From: Gemmatimonadota bacterium
Lineage (GTDB): Bacteria; Gemmatimonadota; Gemmatimonadetes; Palauibacterales; Palauibacteraceae
DNA length: 64,000 nt
Reading direction: 5' to 3'
NCBI GenBank assembly: GCA_046758745.1
Contig: JBHIAV010000012.1
Span: forward strand, 1 to 64,000
Within the stretch, counting starts at the first letter, position 1. Every line of letters begins with the position of its first letter. A model generated the notes under the pieces. The model did no database searches. It was not told where the DNA came from and was given only the letters and a program-made list of their open reading frames with translations. Shown in pieces: positions 50,311 to 62,776 of the stretch. A program made the position numbers and the translations under genes.

Positions 50311-51137
50311 CGCTCGGCCTGGTCGAGGCAGGCGGAGAGGCGCGAGCCGAACCGGTGCTCGCTGTACGGCCGAAAGCCGTCCCCCCCATCCCGCCACAGA
50401 TAATGCGTGACGACGATACCATCGTCACGGGCGCGAACGTAGTTGAGGCTATTCCGCAGCCGCTCCCTTCCGCGGCCCCGGCTGGATGTCGTCGTCCCGC
50501 AGTGGATGATCGGTATCACCCGTTCCAGGCCCGGGGCGGCGTCCGAGGAACGGGAGATGTACGATCGGTGCACGTGACCGGCCAGCACCAGGTCCACCCC
50601 GCAGCGCACGAACGCTTCGAGGGCGTGCCTCGCACCGGGCATCAGCTCCGCCCCCTCGAGGTCCGGCGGCGGGGCCAGGTGGTGGTGTGTAGCGACTACG
50701 CGCAGGTCGGTGGAGGGGCTGTCCGCGAACGCCTTCCGGGTGAAGTCGATCTGCCAGCGCCGGATCCGTCCGTTCGTGAAGGTAAAGCGACGCGTGGAGT
50801 CGAGGGCCACGATCGTACATCCGTCGAGCCGGAGGACCGAGTTCAGCTCGCCGCGTATGTACTCCCGATAGTTGCGGTGCGAGGCGAAGAAGCGCTCGGC
50901 CACGCGGTACAGGGGAACGTCGTGATTGCCGGGGATGACGACGAGCGGCGCGGCGAACCGCTCGAGGAATTCCCTTGCCTCCGCATACTGTGCCCGTTTC
51001 GCCCGCTGCGTGAGGTCGCCCGTAACCGCCACCACGTCGGGCCGCAGACGCTCGGCCAGCTCGTGCACGGCCGCCGCCCGGTCCGCCAGCCAGCGTGGTC
51101 CGAAGTGCAGGTCGGAGATGTGGAGGATGTCAGGCAT
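50307..51137 (-). CDS. Calcineurin-like metallophosphoesterase
   Basis: DLH, GD, GNHD, HH and GHVH motifs. Confidence 0.92.
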   Translation of the reverse strand: MPDILHISDLHFGPRWLADRAAAVHELAERLRPDVVAVTGDLTQRAKRAQYAEAREFLERFAAPLVVIPGNHDVPLYRVAERFFASHRNYREYIRGELNSVLRLDGCTIVALDSTRRFTFTNGRIRRWQIDFTRKAFADSPSTDLRVVATHHHLAPPPDLEGAELMPGARHALEAFVRCGVDLVLAGHVHRSYISRSSDAAPGLERVIPIIHCGTTTSSRGRGRERLRNSLNYVRARDDGIVVTHYLWRDGGDGFRPYSEHRFGSRLSACLDQAER

Positions 51138-51954
51138 GCACCGTCGCCGCGGAGTCGCTTGTCCGACGGCTCATCAGGTAGACCCCGAGTCCGATGAGCG
51201 CCAGACTGATCACCTGGGCGAGGGTCAGGGGGCCGAAGAACCGGTCGTCCTTCGCGCGGAAGAACTCCACCAGGAGCCGCTCGGTGCCCGCCAGCAGGAG
51301 CCAGAAGGAGAAGAGCCAGCCACGGGGACGCGAACCGGGTGCCACCCTCCAAAGGACCAGAAAGATCAGGAAGGCCATGCCGACCTCGTACAGCTGCGTC
51401 GGGTGGACGGCCAGCACCTGTGAATCCGGTATCGAGGCCGGGACATCCACGCCGAAGGCGCTCCGCAGGTTCCCCGCCGTGGTCGGCGGCAGGCCGTTCG
51501 GAAACGCGATCCCCACCCAGCTCTCGGTGGGACGGCCGTAGTCGTCTCCCACCAGAAAGCAACCGATCCGCCCGATCGAGTAGGAGAGGGCCAGCGCAGG
51601 TGCACACACGTCGGCCGCCAGGGCGAGGTACTCCCCGCGCCGCCGCACCATGTAGATGACGCCCAGGGCTCCGCCGATGAAGCCACCGTACCAGACGAGA
51701 CCGGCCCGGGAGAAGAGCATGCCGAGCGGATCCACGACCGTGCGGTCCCAGTTGAGAAGCACGTAGTAGATCTTGGCTCCCACGATCCCTCCGACCAGCG
51801 CGCCGAGAAGGATGTCGCCCGCCAGGTCGGGATCCCGACCCATGTTGCGCTGGCGGGCCCGGATGAGCTGGTATCCGGCGAGAAAGGCAAGCGCCATCAT
51901 CGCCCCGAACGACGTGAGGACGAAATCGCCAATGCGAATCAGCTCGGGATACAT
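51130..51954 (-). CDS. lgt: Prolipoprotein diacylglyceryl transferase
   Basis: GLVWYGG, GRIGCFLVGDDYG, HPTQLYE, EFFR. Confidence 0.93.
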   Translation of the reverse strand: MYPELIRIGDFVLTSFGAMMALAFLAGYQLIRARQRNMGRDPDLAGDILLGALVGGIVGAKIYYVLLNWDRTVVDPLGMLFSRAGLVWYGGFIGGALGVIYMVRRRGEYLALAADVCAPALALSYSIGRIGCFLVGDDYGRPTESWVGIAFPNGLPPTTAGNLRSAFGVDVPASIPDSQVLAVHPTQLYEVGMAFLIFLVLWRVAPGSRPRGWLFSFWLLLAGTERLLVEFFRAKDDRFFGPLTLAQVISLALIGLGVYLMSRRTSDSAATVHA

Positions 51955-52048
51955 GGACTCCCCTTCGCGTTGAGGATCACGCCGGCCAATCCCGAAGCCC
52001 CACCAGGGTCGGCCGGCTCCGCCGCCGATCGGAAGCGAAGCATCTCCA

Positions 52049-53122
52049 TCACGCCGCCGCGCTCGTCGGACGGAGCCCGGGGAGCGGCAGGGCGGGATCC
52101 GCGTTGAGATCGAGGCCGCTCCGTTCTCCGGCCCGAAGGCGGTGCTGGGCAACCCGAGCGATCATCGCCGCGTTGTCGCTCGCCAGTCGCGGGGGGGGCG
52201 CGAACAGCTCGCCGCCGCTTCCAAGCACCTCTCCCAACCGGCCGCGAAGCTCCTCGTTGCGCGCCACCCCACCACCCAGGAGGAGCCGCCGGCAGCCCGT
52301 CCGCTCGACCGCGCGGGCCGCCTTCTCGACCAGGACCTCCACCGCCGCGGCCTGGAACTCCGCCGCCAAATCCGGGAGCGCCTCCGCCAGCGATCCCTCG
52401 CCGGCGCGCTCCACCCGCGCCGCCAGCTGGGCGGTCGCCGTCTTGAGCCCGCTGAACGAGAAGTCGAGGTAGGCAGGATCTTCGGGACCGTCCGTGGAGG
52501 AGAGCATCGGACGCGGAAGCGAAAAGCGTCCCGGTCGCCCCTCCTTCGCCACTCGCTCGATCTCCGGCCCCCCCGGATAACCGAGCCCGAGCCTCCGCGC
52601 CACCTTGTCGAATGCCTCGCCCACCGCGTCGTCGCGCGTGCGCCCAAGCAGCTCGTAGCATCCCCACTCCCGGGCGAAGAGGAGCATCGTGTGTCCGCCG
52701 GATACGAGGAGAGCCACGAACGGCGGTGCGGCCCTGACGTCCACCACCGAGTTCGCGAAGAGGTGCCCCTCCATGTGGTGGATTCCGATGAGCGGGACGT
52801 CCAGCGCGAACGCGAGCGCTTTCGCCCAGTTGACACCCACCAGCAGGGCACCGACCAGGCCGGGGCCGGCCGTCACCCCGACCCCATGCAGCTGCGACGG
52901 CTCGAGCTCCGCCTCGGCGAGCGCCGCCCTGGCAATTTCGTCGAGCTGCCGCAGATGCGCGCGTGCCGCGATCTCGGGAACCACACCACCGAAGCGGGCG
53001 TGCGCGTCCTGCGACGCGATGACGTGCCCACGCAGACGATCGCCCTCGAGGACGGCCGCGGAGGTCTCGTCGCACGAGGTCTCGATGCCAAGCACGGGCC
53101 CCTCGCGCCAGCCGGTCATCAC
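52049..53122 (-). CDS. tsaD: tRNA N6-adenosine threonylcarbamoyltransferase
   Basis: GIETSCDET, GGVVPEIAARAH, HHMEGH, SGGHT, DNAAM. Confidence 0.97.
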   Translation of the reverse strand: MMTGWREGPVLGIETSCDETSAAVLEGDRLRGHVIASQDAHARFGGVVPEIAARAHLRQLDEIARAALAEAELEPSQLHGVGVTAGPGLVGALLVGVNWAKALAFALDVPLIGIHHMEGHLFANSVVDVRAAPPFVALLVSGGHTMLLFAREWGCYELLGRTRDDAVGEAFDKVARRLGLGYPGGPEIERVAKEGRPGRFSLPRPMLSSTDGPEDPAYLDFSFSGLKTATAQLAARVERAGEGSLAEALPDLAAEFQAAAVEVLVEKAARAVERTGCRRLLLGGGVARNEELRGRLGEVLGSGGELFAPPPRLASDNAAMIARVAQHRLRAGERSGLDLNADPALPLPGLRPTSAAA

Positions 53123-54045
53123 GCCCCCCCCGGCGTAACGACCAGCTGACCCGGGCGGATCGTCGCCGAGATCGGCGCTCCCTCGGGGAGATCGATCATC
53201 ACCGGGAGAGACGTCGGGCCGTGGAGCACCGAATCCACCCGCACCGTCGCCGACGCGGCCGCGTCCACCGCCTCGCGTACGACCCGCCAGGCTCCCCGCA
53301 GGGTCACCCGCACGCTGTCCGCCGACAGGACCGCGCCCGCCGCTCCCCGGCCGCGGGCGGTCACCGGAAGGGCGAGGCTGCGCTCAATGAGCGAGTCCAC
53401 CTCGACGGTGACGAGCACGGAGGCGGGGACCGGCGTGGCGGCGGTCACGCCCGCGGGGAGCTGAACGGGAAGCTCCCGGGTTACGGTGTGCTCGAGACCC
53501 TCCAACGTCACGGCTCGGGTCCCGACCTGTGCCACCTGCTCCACCTCGCTCGCCGCTCCCGACACGGTGACGCTGTCAGGCTGCACGAGGAACGGTCGCA
53601 GGACGGTGAAGCCGTCCTCCGCGAGAACCTCGAGGTCGGGCACGACCGGCACCCGTCGTCGGAGACGCGGCTCGAAACGCACCTCCACCGCGCCGGGGGT
53701 CACGCCCGTCGGGCGCACGTTCAGGTCGGAATCGTAGCTCACAAGGTTGCTCGGGAGCGGCACCCGCATGGTCGGGCCGGTCACGCTGTCCACGCCGACC
53801 CGGAGAACCGGACCGGATATTCGCAGTGCGAGAAGGTCGCGCGTTCGTCCCTCGAAGCTCGTTCGCACCTCCGACGGCGGATCCACGAGGACCCACGCGG
53901 TGTCACGAACATCAAACTCGATGCCGGTCGGGACGCGCTGCACGTCGCGCTCATTGGCGGTAACGTTGACCCACAGCAGGGCCGCGAGAAGGAGGGCCGA
54001 GATCTTGTACCGCCAGTTGTACAGTAGCGCGCCGCGCCAGTCCAC
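53119..54045 (-). CDS. YbbR/CdaR-like protein
   Basis: NWRYKISALLLAALLW anchor and repeated beta domains (PDSVTVSG). Confidence 0.8.
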   Translation of the reverse strand: MDWRGALLYNWRYKISALLLAALLWVNVTANERDVQRVPTGIEFDVRDTAWVLVDPPSEVRTSFEGRTRDLLALRISGPVLRVGVDSVTGPTMRVPLPSNLVSYDSDLNVRPTGVTPGAVEVRFEPRLRRRVPVVPDLEVLAEDGFTVLRPFLVQPDSVTVSGAASEVEQVAQVGTRAVTLEGLEHTVTRELPVQLPAGVTAATPVPASVLVTVEVDSLIERSLALPVTARGRGAAGAVLSADSVRVTLRGAWRVVREAVDAAASATVRVDSVLHGPTSLPVMIDLPEGAPISATIRPGQLVVTPGGA

Positions 54046-54067
54046 GTGACGACTCCCGCTCAGCCGG

Positions 54068-55063
54068 TCAAGGGGCGGCGTCGCGTGCCGCCGGCCGCTC
54101 AGCGGGCATATCGGGCTCGCGCAGGTCGGGGGTTCGGGGAGGGGAGCGAAGATCCCCGGAGCTGCCGGCCACCCGGACCTCCACCGTTCCGCCCTCGCGC
54201 AGGCTGTAACCGGCCGGCGGATACTGCCCGGTGATGCGCCCCGGCGCGGCGAAAGAGACGGGGTCGAACGTGACCTGACCGAGCTCGAGCCCGTGGGTGG
54301 CGAGGAGCTCCGCCACGTCGTCGAAGTGGCGGCCGGTCAGCTTGGGGACGATCACCACCGGCGGCCCGGAGCTCACGAGCAGCTCGACCTCAGCCGGAAC
54401 CGGGAGCTCGGATCCAGCCTCCGGCGACGTCCGCACCGCCCGCCCCTTCTCCACCGGCGACTCCGTCTCCCGCACGCGTGGGGTGAACCCGAGCCGCTCC
54501 AGCACAATCCGAGCCTGGCGCGCGGAGAGACCGGCGACGTCCGGAAGGGTGCGCCGCTCCGGCCCCCGACTGAGGGTGACGTGCACGGGAGCACCGGGCC
54601 GCGCCATCTGGCCGGGAAGCGGATTCTGGGCGAGCACGGCGCCCTCCGGCGCATCGGGATGGGCGATCGATGAGCGCACCGTGTAGCTGAAGCCGAGCCG
54701 CTCCACCCGCCCTCGTGCCTCTTCGCTGGAGAGACCCACCAGCTCCGGCACCTCGACGAGCGAGCCCGCATCGGACCCTCGCTCAGCCGGAAAGAGCCAG
54801 GTCGCCGAGATGAGGTAGCCGGCAGCGAAGAAGAGGAGGACCGCGAACGCCGAGACGATTCCGCGGGTGGAGGCGCGCGCCGGAAGCCGGAGGTCGCCGA
54901 GCCGGTTCCGCACTCTTCGGACGCCAGCGAGCGCTCCCTGCGCGACCGTCCGGCGCGCCTCCCTTCCCCCGGCGCCGGAGGGCGAAGCGTTCCGCGATGG
55001 CTCTCGGCCCCGCGAGTTCCGCCCGCGGCGGCCGGCCAGGCCCCGCCGCCTGCGGTAGCTCAT
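54068..55063 (-). CDS. Membrane-anchored protein with three PASTA domains
   Basis: TM helix, then VPELVG, LPDVAG, VPKLTG repeats. Confidence 0.85.
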   Translation of the reverse strand: MSYRRRRGLAGRRGRNSRGREPSRNASPSGAGGREARRTVAQGALAGVRRVRNRLGDLRLPARASTRGIVSAFAVLLFFAAGYLISATWLFPAERGSDAGSLVEVPELVGLSSEEARGRVERLGFSYTVRSSIAHPDAPEGAVLAQNPLPGQMARPGAPVHVTLSRGPERRTLPDVAGLSARQARIVLERLGFTPRVRETESPVEKGRAVRTSPEAGSELPVPAEVELLVSSGPPVVIVPKLTGRHFDDVAELLATHGLELGQVTFDPVSFAAPGRITGQYPPAGYSLREGGTVEVRVAGSSGDLRSPPRTPDLREPDMPAERPAARDAAP

Positions 55064-56544
55064 CACGCCCCCGACCGGCGCAGCCGGCACGCGTATGAGC
55101 CGTCGGTCCCGAAGCGCCAGGGAAGCACCTTCAGCTCCCCGGACTCGGTCAGGGCCCCGGCAGGCAACCGCTCGAGCTCGGGCCGCGCGTCGCGGGTGAA
55201 GTCCGGGTGTCTGTCGAGAAAGCTCTTCACCTGAAGCTCGTTCTCCTCCGGTTCGAGCGAGCAGGTCGCATACACGAGCAGCCCGCCCGGCTCGACCAGG
55301 CCCGCCCCTGCGTCCAGCAGCTCGCGCTGCAGGCGCACCAGCGATGCGAGTCGCTCCGGGGCGATGCGCCAGCGTGCGTCCGGCCGACGGCGCAGAACGC
55401 CGGTACCGGTGCACGGAGCATCGATCAGCACCGTCGCCGCTCGGCCTACGGCCGGCCGCCGCCCATCCGCGACGATGACGGCGACGTCGGCACCCGTGCG
55501 CCTCCCCACCTCGGCGAGCCGGCGCGCACGGTCGAGATCGACATCGGCCGCCACGAAGGGCCGCGCCCACGGGGCAGCGAAGGCGATCCCGATCGCCTTA
55601 CCTCCCGGAGCGGCGCACATGTCGAGGATCGGTCCCTTCGTGCCTGATGCCACGTACTCTACCACGGCCGAGGCGGCAGGATCCTGGAACACCGCCTTCG
55701 TGCGCCCGAGCAGCTCGGCCGGATCGCCGGAGACGAGGCGGAAACAGCCGGGCCACTCTTCGAGGGGCTCGACCTCGACGCCCCGTGTCCAGTTCTCCAC
55801 CACGCCCACCCCGACACGAACGGCTCCGCCAGCCGCCTCCCGGCCGGCTCCTCCCGTGCTCCGCGCTTCGCGTGGCCGCGCTCGGCGCGGGGCCGCGGAC
55901 GAGCCACCTCTGCCCGCCTCGCCATTCTTTTCCGCCCTCTCCTCCAGAAGCCGGAAGGTCACCGGGGGCGGTCGGTTGTCATTTTCCACGAGGCGGACGA
56001 CGTCGGCAAGCGGCCACCGGTCGATCCACCGACGCACCAGCCACTCCGGATGAGAGCCGTACGCGGTGAGGTAGGCCACCGGATCGCTCTCCAGTGTCGG
56101 GAAGAGGCCCTTCGGCGCGCCCCGCCGCGCTGCCGCGCGGAGCACCCCGTTCACCAGCGAGGTGGGACGCGGGCCGAGAGTCCGGCGAACCCCTTCCACC
56201 GTCTCGTGCACCGCCGCGTGGTCGGGCACCCGCATCTCCCGCAGCTGGTACAGGCCCAGCCTCAGCCACTCGCGCACCGTTGGTTCCACGCGCGCGAGCG
56301 GCCGGGCGAGCAGGTCCTCCAGCTCCGTGTCGAGACGGGTCCGAAGGCGGAGAGCCCCGAAGGCCAGCTCCTGGGCGAGGGCCCGGTCTCGGGTCGACAG
56401 GCCGCGGAGTCGAACCGCGGCCGCGCGATCCGCGTACGCCCCCGCGCTCGTGTCCCGGAGAAGTTGGAAGGCCGCGATGCGAGGATCGGTAGGGTACGGG
56501 CCGGCCGTCTCGGCCGGCGGGCAGCTCTGCGGCTTTCGCCTCAA
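55063..56544 (-). CDS. rsmB: 16S rRNA m5C967 methyltransferase RsmB/Sun
   Basis: NusB-like N-terminus, DMCAAPGGK, DAPCTGTG, YATCSLEPEENE; likely TTG start overlapping the thiG stop. Confidence 0.92.
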   Translation of the reverse strand: MRRKPQSCPPAETAGPYPTDPRIAAFQLLRDTSAGAYADRAAAVRLRGLSTRDRALAQELAFGALRLRTRLDTELEDLLARPLARVEPTVREWLRLGLYQLREMRVPDHAAVHETVEGVRRTLGPRPTSLVNGVLRAAARRGAPKGLFPTLESDPVAYLTAYGSHPEWLVRRWIDRWPLADVVRLVENDNRPPPVTFRLLEERAEKNGEAGRGGSSAAPRRARPREARSTGGAGREAAGGAVRVGVGVVENWTRGVEVEPLEEWPGCFRLVSGDPAELLGRTKAVFQDPAASAVVEYVASGTKGPILDMCAAPGGKAIGIAFAAPWARPFVAADVDLDRARRLAEVGRRTGADVAVIVADGRRPAVGRAATVLIDAPCTGTGVLRRRPDARWRIAPERLASLVRLQRELLDAGAGLVEPGGLLVYATCSLEPEENELQVKSFLDRHPDFTRDARPELERLPAGALTESGELKVLPWRFGTDGSYACRLRRSGA

Positions 56545-57350
56545 TCGACCATGCCGGTCGTCGGGCTGGAGGGAACCGCCCACTCGCGCTTCGGCATCCG
56601 TCCCGCCAGGTATGCCGCTCGCCCGGCGTCCACGGCCAGTCGCATCGCGGTCCCCATGAGGGTCGGTCGTTCGGCCGCCGCGAGGGCCGTGTTCATCAGG
56701 ATCCCGTCGACCCCCTGCTCCATGGTGACGCAGGCGTCGGAGGCGGTGCCCACCCCCGCATCCACGATCACCGGGACGCCGAGTCGGGACTTAAGGAGGC
56801 GAACGTTGAGCGGGTTGAGGAGACCCTGCCCGCTACCGATCGGCGATGCGAGCGGCATGACGGCTGCCACACCCAGCTCTTCCAGGCGAAGCGCCGTTAC
56901 GAGGTCGTCGTTCGTGTAGGCGAGTACCGTGAAGCCGTCCTCCACCAGCGCCCGCGTCGCCTCGAGGAGCTCGGAGACGTCCGGGAGCAGCGTGTCCGTA
57001 TCGCCGATCACCTCGAGCTTGACCCAGTCGCTCAGCCCGGCGGCTCGGCCGAGACGCGCGTACCGGATCGCCTCCTCGGCCGTGTAGCAGCCGGCCGTGT
57101 TCGGTAGGAGGAAGAATTCCTCCGGGTCGAGATTGGCCAGGATATCATCCCGCTCCCTGGCCTCGAGGTCCACCCTCCGAACCGCGACGGTGACCATCTC
57201 GGCTCCCGACGCCCGGATGGCGGCCACCATCGTCCCGGGATCGCGATACTTGCCCGTCCCGACGATCAACCGGGAGCGGAAGCTGCGCGACCCGATGACC
57301 AGCGGGTCGGCCAGTCCAGGAGCGTGCTCGATCCCCACCCCCGTCGTCAT
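56541..57350 (-). CDS. thiG: Thiazole synthase
   Basis: SRLIVGTGKY, LPNTAGC, WVKLEV, MPLASPIGSGQG, DAGVG. Confidence 0.97.
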   Translation of the reverse strand: MTTGVGIEHAPGLADPLVIGSRSFRSRLIVGTGKYRDPGTMVAAIRASGAEMVTVAVRRVDLEARERDDILANLDPEEFFLLPNTAGCYTAEEAIRYARLGRAAGLSDWVKLEVIGDTDTLLPDVSELLEATRALVEDGFTVLAYTNDDLVTALRLEELGVAAVMPLASPIGSGQGLLNPLNVRLLKSRLGVPVIVDAGVGTASDACVTMEQGVDGILMNTALAAAERPTLMGTAMRLAVDAGRAAYLAGRMPKREWAVPSSPTTGMVD

Positions 57351-57366
57351 GGTCCTCCCCCCGCGA

Positions 57367-57588
57367 TCAGCCGCCGCCGACGAAGTGGACGAGCTCGACC
57401 CGATCTCCCTGCTGGAGGGCGATCTCGGACAGCTCGTTCCGCCTCACGATCTGTCGATTCAGCTCGACCACGACAAGCCGCCCGTCCAACTCGAGTGTGC
57501 GGAGGAGGTCCGCCACCGTGTGCCCGGCCGGGACCTCCCGCGGCTTCCCGTTCACCTCTATGCGAAATGTGTCCAGCTGCGCCTTCAC
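57367..57588 (-). CDS. thiS: Sulfur carrier protein ThiS
   Basis: VNG..VELN..GDRVELVHFVGGG. Confidence 0.95.
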   Translation of the reverse strand: MKAQLDTFRIEVNGKPREVPAGHTVADLLRTLELDGRLVVVELNRQIVRRNELSEIALQQGDRVELVHFVGGG

Positions 57589-57649
57589 TCTCTCCCCTTC
57601 TCCTTATCTTCTCGGCGCCCGAGGGACGTCGGCCGCGAGCCCGGCCGGG

Positions 57650-58270
57650 TCAAGCCTCGAGGAGCACATTGAGGAGCTGGCGCGCCGCCGTCACCGGATC
57701 GGCGGCGCTCCACACGGCGCGAATCACCGCCACCCCGACGGCTCCGGCCCTCACCACCTCCTCGACCCGGTCCCGGTCGATCCCACCGATGGCCACCATG
57801 GGGAGGCCGGCCGTCCGACACCGATCGAGCAACGCCGGGCCGGACGCCTCCCGCCCGGGGTGGCTCGCGCTAGGGTAGATCGTACCCACCACAAGGTAAT
57901 TCGCTCCGGCCTCCCGCGCGTCCAGCGCCTCCGCCGGATCGTGCACCGAGGCTCCGATCGCCGTCCCGGCCCGAAGGAGCCTTCGGGCCTCCCGTACGGG
58001 CAGGGCGCCTCGACCCAACTGGACGGCCTGTGCTCCCGCTGCCAGCGCGACATCCACCCGTTCGTTGACGGCGCACCACCCGCCGCGCTGCCGTGCTCGC
58101 GCCGACAGGGAGGCGGCGAGCTCGAACAGGCGACGGGAGGTCAGCTCGCGGGCCCGGAGGTGGAGGGCCAGCTCCCCGCCGCAAGCCTCCTGCAGCCCCG
58201 CGGCCAGCGCCGGGAAGCCGTCACACGAGACGACGGCATCCGTGGCCACGACGTGCAGCCGTGGAATCAT
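57650..58270 (-). CDS. thiE: Thiamine phosphate synthase / TenI family (alternative start 58297)
   Basis: VNERVDVA, GASVH, SASHPG, AIGGI. Confidence 0.82.
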   Translation of the reverse strand: MIPRLHVVATDAVVSCDGFPALAAGLQEACGGELALHLRARELTSRRLFELAASLSARARQRGGWCAVNERVDVALAAGAQAVQLGRGALPVREARRLLRAGTAIGASVHDPAEALDAREAGANYLVVGTIYPSASHPGREASGPALLDRCRTAGLPMVAIGGIDRDRVEEVVRAGAVGVAVIRAVWSAADPVTAARQLLNVLLEA

Positions 58271-58293
58271 CGTCTCTCCCTGCACCGGCACCG

Positions 58294-59235
58294 TCACACG
58301 AACCGGTCGCCCGTCTGCACGCCGCGTCCGCGCACCCACGCGGCGGCGCTCATGCGCGCGCGGCCCGCCGGTTTCACCTCGCCGATCCGGATGAGGTCCT
58401 GCCCGGTCCGCACGGCGACTCCCTCCCGCGGATCCGCCCACACCACCGTTCCCGGCGGTCCCTCCGAGCCCGTGTCTCCCGCGGCGTCGACGCTCGGCTG
58501 GAAGAGCTGGACGGGTCGGCCGCCCAGCGAGCTCCACCCACCGGGCCACGGGTCGCAGCCCCTGATCCAGCGGGAGAGCTCGGTCGCCGGAAGGGTCCAG
58601 TCGAGCCGTGCGGTCTCCCGGGTAAGCTTGGGGGCGAAGGTGGCCCGCGCATGATCCTGCTCCACCTCCGTGGGCGCGCCGCTCTCGAGCATCGTCAGCA
58701 CTTCGATGAGCGCCGTCGCCCCGAGCTCCGCGAGCATCTGGGAGAGCTCCCCGGCCGTCACGTCGGGTCCGAGCCCGATCGCCATCTGATGCAGCACCGG
58801 CCCGGCGTCCATCTCGGCGACCATCCGCATGATGCTCACGCCGGTTCGCTCGTGTCCCCGGATGATCGTCCAGTTGATCGGCGCGGCTCCCCGCAGCTTC
58901 GGGAGGAGCGAGGCATGGACGTTGAGCGAGCCGAGACGCGGAAGGTGGAGCACTTCCTCCGGGAGCAGATGCCCGTACGCCGCCACTACCGAGAGGTCCG
59001 GTTCCAGCGCCCGGATGCATTCCACGAACTCGTCCCCCCGCGGTTTGACCGGCTGGAGCACGGGGATCCCCTCCGCCGTGGCGGCCCTTTTCACCGGACC
59101 CGGGCGAACGACGCGCCCGCGGCCCGCCGGCCGATCCGGCTGCGTCACCACGGCGAGGACCGCATGGCCCTCCTCCGTCAGGGCGCGCAGGGAGGGGAGC
59201 GCGAACTCGGGTGTGCCCCAGAAGAGGATCCGCAT
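58294..59235 (-). CDS. fmt: Methionyl-tRNA formyltransferase
   Basis: GTPEFA, TQPDRPAGRG, NVHASLLPKLRGAAPI, MDAG. Confidence 0.97.
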   Translation of the reverse strand: MRILFWGTPEFALPSLRALTEEGHAVLAVVTQPDRPAGRGRVVRPGPVKRAATAEGIPVLQPVKPRGDEFVECIRALEPDLSVVAAYGHLLPEEVLHLPRLGSLNVHASLLPKLRGAAPINWTIIRGHERTGVSIMRMVAEMDAGPVLHQMAIGLGPDVTAGELSQMLAELGATALIEVLTMLESGAPTEVEQDHARATFAPKLTRETARLDWTLPATELSRWIRGCDPWPGGWSSLGGRPVQLFQPSVDAAGDTGSEGPPGTVVWADPREGVAVRTGQDLIRIGEVKPAGRARMSAAAWVRGRGVQTGDRFV

Positions 59236-59325
59236 GACTCGTTATCGGGTTCGAGGCCGCGCACGAGGGGTGGTCCGGCCTCCGACGCTCGGCGGCCGCC
59301 GGACCGCCGGGCCCGAGTCGGAGCG

Positions 59326-59847
59326 CTACAGCGCGTGGACCGGCACCTTTTCCGACTCGTCCATCTTCGCCCACTTCGAGAGGAGCATCTTCCTCTTCAG
59401 CGGGCTCAGGTGGTCGATGAACAGGATGCCGTCCAGGTGGTCGATCTCATGCTGCAGGCAGCGGCTCAACAGCCCCTCGGCGTCGATCTGGACCTCTCGG
59501 CCGTCGCGATCGAGCCCCTCCACCACGACGCGCGCGTCCCGCCCTACGATCTCCGAGAGGCCAGGGATGCTCAGGCACCCTTCGGTCTCCTTCGCCGTCC
59601 CGCTCCGCTCTACGATGCGCGGGTTCACCAGGGCACCTGCCCGAGCCTCCGGCTCCCGCACGTCGTACACGAAGACGCGCAGCGGCACGCCGACCTGGGG
59701 AGCCGCGAGGCCGACTCCCTCGGCCGCGTACATCGTGTCGGTGAGGTCATCGATCAACGTTCGAATCTCGCCGTCGATCGATTCGACCGCCCGGCACTTC
59801 TCCCGCAGCACCGGGTCACCGAAGATGCGGATCTCCCAAACGCTCAC
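59326..59847 (-). CDS. def: Peptide deformylase
   Basis: GVGLAAPQVG, EGCLS, QHEIDHLDG. Confidence 0.97.
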   Translation of the reverse strand: MSVWEIRIFGDPVLREKCRAVESIDGEIRTLIDDLTDTMYAAEGVGLAAPQVGVPLRVFVYDVREPEARAGALVNPRIVERSGTAKETEGCLSIPGLSEIVGRDARVVVEGLDRDGREVQIDAEGLLSRCLQHEIDHLDGILFIDHLSPLKRKMLLSKWAKMDESEKVPVHAL

Positions 59848-59868
59848 GGGGCCGCTCTCCGCATGTCG

Positions 59869-60195
59869 CTACTCTTCCTTCCCCGCCTTCTGGGTGAGCT
59901 TCCGGCCGACCTTCGAGCGCTCGATCTCCAGGCGGGTGTCACCGGCCGTCTTGATCGTGACGCGGTCCCCGTGGAGGTGGATGATCTTGCCCACGATCCC
60001 GCCCATCGTGACGACCTCATCGCCGCGGGCGAGCTCGCGCACCATCTTCTCGTGCGCCTTCTGCTGCTGGCGCTGGGGTCGGATGAGCAGGAAGTAGAAG
60101 ATCGCGAAGATCGCGCCGAACATGAAGAGCGTGGCGAACGGGTTCGCCCCGCCCTCCCCACCTGTCGGCGCCGGCAGCACCAGGTTCGTCAGCAA
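59869..60195 (-). CDS. yajC: Preprotein translocase subunit YajC
   Basis: FYFLLIRPQ, GDEVVTMGGIVG. Confidence 0.95.
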   Translation of the reverse strand: MLTNLVLPAPTGGEGGANPFATLFMFGAIFAIFYFLLIRPQRQQQKAHEKMVRELARGDEVVTMGGIVGKIIHLHGDRVTIKTAGDTRLEIERSKVGRKLTQKAGKEE

Positions 60196-60275
60196 GATCC
60201 TTTCCTTCCGCGTTCGTTCACTCTGTTCCGCACCGGCGGGTCACGGATCGTGACCGTACGATGCGTCACACGCCC

Positions 60276-62765
<2,490 letters not shown>

Positions 62766-62776
<11 letters not shown>

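Noticed and set aside
51939-52052. 37-codon ORF between tsaD and lgt
   Set aside because: It has no recognisable features, overlaps lgt, and lgt has its own RBS.
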